Of a stretch of 18,867 bases of DNA, positions 14,363-18,867 are shown in pieces. Source of the DNA: Phormidium sp. SL48-SHIP (lineage in GTDB: Bacteria > Cyanobacteriota > Cyanobacteriia > Cyanobacteriales > Geitlerinemataceae); assembly GCA_004299065.1 (NCBI GenBank), contig SIHH01000035.1:3077-21943 (forward strand). The letters are read 5' to 3'. Every line of letters starts with the position of its first letter. Positions within the stretch are counted from its first letter, which is position 1. The translations under genes and the position numbers were made by a program. The notes beneath the pieces are model-generated. The model did not search any database and was not told the origin of the DNA. It saw only the letters and a list, made by a program, of their open reading frames with translations.

Positions 14363-16372
14363 GTGTATGGACCGCCTCCGTCACGACCTCACCATAATCT
14401 CCCGGCCCTGGAAACCAGTCGCTTTATTGGCTACGATCGCCAACTCAGTCAACTCCTCAACCTCCTCGGCGACTCTCATCCCGCTCATCGTATCGGCATT
14501 CACGGGATTGGCGGAATTGGCAAAACCACTCTGATTCTCGAAGCCGCCTATCGCTGTTGGCTTCAGGAACAGTTTGACGCCATTATCTTTACTTCCGCAC
14601 AACAACAGCGACTGGTGGGCGATCGCCTCCTACGGCGTGTCAAACGCGATCGCCACCTCGGGGACATCTTCCACACCATCGCCCGAGTTCTCCAATATCC
14701 CCGCATCCTCGCCGCTGACTTTCAGATCCAATTTGAGCGTATTCAGGATCTCTTGAGTCATCGCCAAGTTCTCCTAATTATCGATCACCTCGAAGGCTTC
14801 GACGATGACGACGAGATCTGCGGCTTTCTCTACGAACTCCCCTCAACAGTTAAAGCGGTCGTCACCCGGCGCGACTATATGGCATTCGATATCACCATCG
14901 CCCTGGACTCCCTATCGCCCAAAAATGCCAAGGCGCTCATCGCCCATCAACTCCAAGAAAAGGGGATATCTGTGAACACAAAAGACCAGCAGCAACTCTA
15001 TGAAAAAATAGGTGGTATCCCTGGGGCGATTCTCTACAGAATTGCACAACTGGTTGGGGGCTATACCTTAGATGACCTGTTAGCACCCCTAAATTTAGAC
15101 ACCTCTGATGCTCTCACTTGCTATTGTTTTGAACGTTCGGTGATGCCATTGCGGGGAACAAGCGTTCATCGCCTCCTCATGGCGGCGGCAATTTTCCCAA
15201 AACCGATGCTCGATATCGCCCTTTTGACAGTGGCGGCGGTCACTCAAACCGATGAACTTGCCCAGTTACAACGCCTATCTATGCTCACACAAATGCCAGA
15301 TGGACGTTATGCCATGTTACCCCTGACTCGCAGTTATGCCCTCAGGGAACTTCAGCAAAATCCCGAGTTTGAGGAGGATGTCCGTCAGCGGTGGTTGGCC
15401 TGGTATCGGCAGTTTGTGGACACTCATTGTCCCGCAGATGCCAATCTTTCGGAACTGGAGACGGAATGGGAGACGCTCCTAGAGGTGGTTGACTGGTGTA
15501 TGGGTCGCGATCGCTATCAAGATGTTCTCCATTTTTGGCGATATCTACATCAGGATGACGAGGGTCACGATGGAGACGGCGATCGCCTCAAGACTTTGAT
15601 AATTCCCTTAGATTGGGACGCCTGGCTAATTCAGAAGGCCCAGATGCGTCAAGATTGGTCTGTTGCCCTAGAAGTGATGCAGCAGAAGGGTCCGAAACTC
15701 ATAATACAAGAAAAACCGAATAATATTGACGAAGCTGAACAATGGCTTCAAAATGCTTATGACTTACAAGAATCCTGGCAACCCAAAAATAAATTTGATT
15801 TAATGATATTCATGGCAAATATACGAGCTGAACAGGAAGATTTTGCTGGTGCACTTCAATGGATAGCCGAAGGCAAATTAATTATTGAAAATCAATCAAA
15901 ATCACATGAAAACCCTAGCAGTTCCAACCTTAAACGATTTAAATTGAAGCAATACAAAGCCCGCTTACTGTATACAGAAGGAGAAATACACTACAAACTA
16001 AAAAATAACCAAGCATCCAAAAAATGTCTTCAAGAAGCATTAACCATATCAGAATATTTAAACTTAGAGCAAGCCGAGTTTTTTAGCAAAAAATTACTCT
16101 CTAATATCGCCATTAAAGAGGGAGACTATGAACAAGCTGAATCCTTACTGAGCGACTGTTTAGAAATCGCTAAAGACAATCAAGATACCTACCGTACCGC
16201 CTTTTGTTTGAGGGCGATCGCCCAATTGGAGTTAGCACGAAATAATCCCAGCCAGGCGATCGCCCTGGTCAGTCAAGCCCTAAAACAGTTCGAAAACTTA
16301 GGAATGATGGTAGAACAACAAGAAACTCAAGTCCTCTTAACTGTGATCGAATCTGAAGGAACTACGATTTGA
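14363..16372 (+). CDS. STAND NTPase: NB-ARC (AP-ATPase) P-loop domain + winged-helix/helical region + C-terminal TPR sensor-like repeats
   Basis: - Pre-P-loop: NLPALETSRFIGYDRQLSQLLNLL
- Walker A: IHGIGGIGKTTL
- Walker B: VLLIIDHLEGFDDDDE
- RNBS-B/sensor-I-like: KAVVTRRD
- L..L-type motif: LDSLSPKNAKALIAHQL
- GLPL-like motif: IGGIPGAILYRIAQLV
- C-terminal TPR-like repeats: e.g. YTEGEIHYKLKNNQASKKCLQEALTI, LSNIAIKEGDYEQAESLLSDCLEIA, LRAIAQLELARNNPSQAIALVSQALKQF

The listed start is a GTG with no Shine-Dalgarno sequence. The first in-frame ATG lies after the P-loop, so the true N-terminus is probably supplied by the upstream ORF. Confidence 0.8.
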   Translation: MYGPPPSRPHHNLPALETSRFIGYDRQLSQLLNLLGDSHPAHRIGIHGIGGIGKTTLILEAAYRCWLQEQFDAIIFTSAQQQRLVGDRLLRRVKRDRHLGDIFHTIARVLQYPRILAADFQIQFERIQDLLSHRQVLLIIDHLEGFDDDDEICGFLYELPSTVKAVVTRRDYMAFDITIALDSLSPKNAKALIAHQLQEKGISVNTKDQQQLYEKIGGIPGAILYRIAQLVGGYTLDDLLAPLNLDTSDALTCYCFERSVMPLRGTSVHRLLMAAAIFPKPMLDIALLTVAAVTQTDELAQLQRLSMLTQMPDGRYAMLPLTRSYALRELQQNPEFEEDVRQRWLAWYRQFVDTHCPADANLSELETEWETLLEVVDWCMGRDRYQDVLHFWRYLHQDDEGHDGDGDRLKTLIIPLDWDAWLIQKAQMRQDWSVALEVMQQKGPKLIIQEKPNNIDEAEQWLQNAYDLQESWQPKNKFDLMIFMANIRAEQEDFAGALQWIAEGKLIIENQSKSHENPSSSNLKRFKLKQYKARLLYTEGEIHYKLKNNQASKKCLQEALTISEYLNLEQAEFFSKKLLSNIAIKEGDYEQAESLLSDCLEIAKDNQDTYRTAFCLRAIAQLELARNNPSQAIALVSQALKQFENLGMMVEQQETQVLLTVIESEGTTI

Positions 16373-16654
16373 ACCGGCTGGGCCTTCTAAGTGCAGCGTT
16401 GTATTGATTCAGCCAGTTTTTCGAGAGTAAAGCGGTGTCGCATTGGCTCGGAGAAAGGGTCGAGGCCCTGGCCCCCTCATCATCGCCCTTTGAGAGTCTA
16501 TACCCTCGCTGAACGGAAACGGCGAAAAGCGCTTGACGCCCAACAACTGACGCCCAGTAACAAACGGTGCGCGACCAACGCCAACAACCTACGGCGAAAC
16601 CCACTTTTCGTTGGATTATGCAGACGTTTCAAGGTCTTCACGAGATCAATGCTG

Positions 16655-17632
16655 TTAGCGGGTTTGAAAAATATTCTGTACCATCGGCTTTTTCACCTTC
16701 GCCGCTTCTCGATCTAACTCCTCAATTTCGCCACGGTCTAACATCCAACCTAACGCCCCCAAGTTTTGCTGAGCCTGTTCCACGGTTTTCGCCCCTGGAA
16801 TGGGAATTGTCCCTTTCGCCATACACCAATTTAAAGCAACTTGGGCCGGAGTTTTCTGACGAGATTCGGCGATCGCCCCCAAACAATCTAGCAGCGATCG
16901 CGCCCCCGGCAAAATCTGCCGACAGACCACTCCCCGCAACCCCGAAGGGGTCTTCTCCGCCGAATATTTCCCCGTCAACAATCCCAACGCCAAGGGACTA
17001 TACGCAATCAATTGAATCCCCAACTCATCACAGACCTCTTTCAAGCCCAACTCCGTCACTGGATAAGTCGATAGCAACGAATATTGCACCTGCAACGAAA
17101 CAATTGAAATTCCCCGATCCGCAAAGCGACGATGCACTCGCCGCAGTCGTTTCGGTCCATAATTCGAGACCCCAACTCCCCGCACTTGTCCCGCTTCATA
17201 TAAATCCATTAACCCGTCAAGTAAGGGCCATTCTTGCCAGGGTAAATAATTGGCGGTAGACCAGTGCATTTGGGCTAAATCAATCCCCCCCAAACGTTCT
17301 GCGGAAGCCTCCGCCGCTGCAATCATTGAACGGCGAGTGAGTCGCCAAGGATAGGGGGCTAACTTGGTGGCTAGACAAATTTCCGTTCGTTGCACCTTGA
17401 CGGCGGTGTCACAGTAGCGTTGGGCGAATTGTCCTAATAATGATTCACTGCGTCCGCTGAGTTTTCCCGTTCCATAGGAGTCCCCCGTATCAAACAGGGT
17501 AACGCCGTTATCGACACAGAGATTAAAGACCTGTTGTAGACCGCTATCCATGCTGTCATCATACTCCCAAAGGAGGCGATTTCCCCAAGCCCAGGTTCCA
17601 CAGCCCATCGGCGGTAAGTTTAAGGTGGTCAT
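16655..17632 (-). CDS. Aldo/keto reductase family oxidoreductase
   Basis: 325 aa. MGCGTWAWG, LFDTGDSYGTG, GVSNYG and the C-terminal IPIPGAKTVEQAQQNLGAL are classic AKR motifs, including the catalytic D/Y region and the NADP-binding tail. Confidence 0.9.
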   Translation of the reverse strand: MTTLNLPPMGCGTWAWGNRLLWEYDDSMDSGLQQVFNLCVDNGVTLFDTGDSYGTGKLSGRSESLLGQFAQRYCDTAVKVQRTEICLATKLAPYPWRLTRRSMIAAAEASAERLGGIDLAQMHWSTANYLPWQEWPLLDGLMDLYEAGQVRGVGVSNYGPKRLRRVHRRFADRGISIVSLQVQYSLLSTYPVTELGLKEVCDELGIQLIAYSPLALGLLTGKYSAEKTPSGLRGVVCRQILPGARSLLDCLGAIAESRQKTPAQVALNWCMAKGTIPIPGAKTVEQAQQNLGALGWMLDRGEIEELDREAAKVKKPMVQNIFQTR

Positions 17633-17697
17633 GGTCGTTTTTTTCTGAAGATTTGGTCTAAAGGTTTAGTCTAAACATTTTGCAAAGTTTGAGACAA

Positions 17698-18867
17698 CTA
17701 ACGGCTGAGTTTTGAGGGAGGAACAATGCCGCGATCGCAGAGGGTTTTGTCAATATCCGCTAACAGTTGTAAATCGACATTAGGGAGCGGGGACGGAGTC
17801 AACAAGTCCTGGTTTTTTAAAAACGAAAATGCTTGACAAAATTGCTCTTTTGTGCTAGTAAATTGAGATTGAAAATGAGCCGAAATAACACGATCGCAGT
17901 GCCATTGAGAAACCCGTTCCACCCAATCTAACGTCTCCTGAGGCGCACGATTGAGAATCAGTTGCTGCAACACCGGCGCCACCAACGGACGACCCTTTCC
18001 CCGCAGAGCCTCAAAGGAGCGTTGCCAATCCTGTTTCCATTGAAAGGGATATAAACCAAAATAGTTTTTACGAGAGCGATCGCCGACCTTAAACGCATCC
18101 CGAATCACCTGACCCCAGGGCGGTGTTTCCAAGACACTAGGGCGGAAATACGCCGCAAATAAACAGATGCGTTGCCACCCCTTACGGCGATTTTCCGGGG
18201 TATCTTCGACTACATCAAAAGGGCTATCTTTAGCGTGAAACAACAGCGGAAAACTATCAAGCTGAACGATCGCCGGTGGATCTTCAGGAATCGCAATCAA
18301 GCTATCCGTCAGGAGTAAACTACGGCTGGAGCGGTCATAGAGCGCCACTTCTCCAAACCAACCCGTTCCCAGATTAATGGGGCCAAGAACCTCCAGAGCG
18401 CATTGATCCGCAAACGGGAGTTGACTGGGTTCGTCGGGAATCACCTGAGTGCGATCGCGCGGAAGGCCCAACCAACTCAACGGTAAATTGAGAGGAAAAC
18501 TCCACTGTTGCGGGGCGATATACACCTGCGCCTGGGGACAGGCCCGCGCAAACGGTCCCACAAACACCTTATGTTCCAACCCCGACACCGTGGGATGGAT
18601 AATATAGCGTACCGGACCATGATCCGCCACCAACTCATTGAGGAGAGTTAAACATTCCCGCGTCGGGGCGATGGGTGCATACACCAACAATCCCCCCGCA
18701 TCAAGTTTCACAACCGTCATGCGGATAGGAACCGCCACATAGAAAATCCCCTGAAGTTGGTCAAACGTCCAGAGGCGATCGCGCACCACCTCCCGCCGCA
18801 ACGTCCGCCGCTGTCCATACGGATAAATCGGCAACGTAAACCAAAAATTCCAAGAATACTCACTCAT
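17698..18867 (-). CDS. DUF4336-like protein (conserved cyanobacterial/plant-plastid protein of unknown function)
   Basis: 389 aa. The N-terminus, WNFWFTLPIYPYGQRRTLRREVVRDRLWTFDQLQGIFYVAVPIRMTVVKLDAGGLLVYAPIAPT...GPVRYIIHPTVSGLEHKVFVGPFAR..PQAQVYIAPQQWSFPLNLPLSWLG, matches my recollection of DUF4336. The ATG coincides with the last base of the window, so an upstream extension cannot be excluded. Confidence 0.65.
   Translation of the reverse strand: MSEYSWNFWFTLPIYPYGQRRTLRREVVRDRLWTFDQLQGIFYVAVPIRMTVVKLDAGGLLVYAPIAPTRECLTLLNELVADHGPVRYIIHPTVSGLEHKVFVGPFARACPQAQVYIAPQQWSFPLNLPLSWLGLPRDRTQVIPDEPSQLPFADQCALEVLGPINLGTGWFGEVALYDRSSRSLLLTDSLIAIPEDPPAIVQLDSFPLLFHAKDSPFDVVEDTPENRRKGWQRICLFAAYFRPSVLETPPWGQVIRDAFKVGDRSRKNYFGLYPFQWKQDWQRSFEALRGKGRPLVAPVLQQLILNRAPQETLDWVERVSQWHCDRVISAHFQSQFTSTKEQFCQAFSFLKNQDLLTPSPLPNVDLQLLADIDKTLCDRGIVPPSKLSR

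Noticed and set aside
16362-16717. 80-aa (minus) and 108-aa (plus) ORFs in the STAND-AKR gap
   Set aside because: They are arginine-rich, low-complexity peptides with no RBS. They overlap each other and the 3' end of the AKR gene. There is no motif support.
16567-17259. 230-aa plus-strand Pro/Ser-rich ORF
   Set aside because: It is entirely antisense to the well-supported aldo/keto reductase gene (16655..17632, minus). Its composition is typical of a reverse-frame shadow ORF.

Overview
This window is cyanobacterial chromosomal DNA. I counted about three dozen copies of the HIP1 octamer GCGATCGC by eye, and the gene content fits (rpmI-rplT, a Ycf37-like TPR protein, a COP23-like domain, DUF4336).

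Layout, left to right:
- 1-8240 (+): a glycan-modification cluster. It holds a 5'-truncated BNR/Asp-box beta-propeller membrane protein, a GT-C polytopic glycosyltransferase, a sulfotransferase, a GT-A-like DxD protein, a GT4 glycosyltransferase and a polysaccharide pyruvyl transferase.
- 8302-11108: HIP1-rich housekeeping genes. These are a membrane-anchored TPR protein, an amino-acid-type ABC substrate-binding protein, rplT, rpmI and a class II aldolase/adducin-family protein.
- 11372-16372: a lower-GC stretch with a HIP1-free core. It holds a secreted TPR protein with an internal 162-nt duplication, and a secreted TPR + COP23-like fusion protein. A repeat-rich divergent intergenic region follows, then a small HTH ORF and an NB-ARC/STAND NTPase-TPR ORF.
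- 16655-18867 (-): an aldo/keto reductase and a DUF4336-like protein.

The most interesting observation concerns the HTH ORF and the STAND ORF. They are separated only by a frame change at an A9 run whose zero-frame context is A_AAA_AAG, the E. coli dnaX -1 slippery heptamer. The -1 frame is open from inside that run into the STAND ORF. The STAND ORF has no ATG and no Shine-Dalgarno sequence ahead of its P-loop. This fits programmed recoding (ribosomal -1 frameshift or transcriptional slippage), a phase-variable or frameshifted gene, or a homopolymer sequencing error.

All functional calls rest on motif recognition by eye. No database search was possible.
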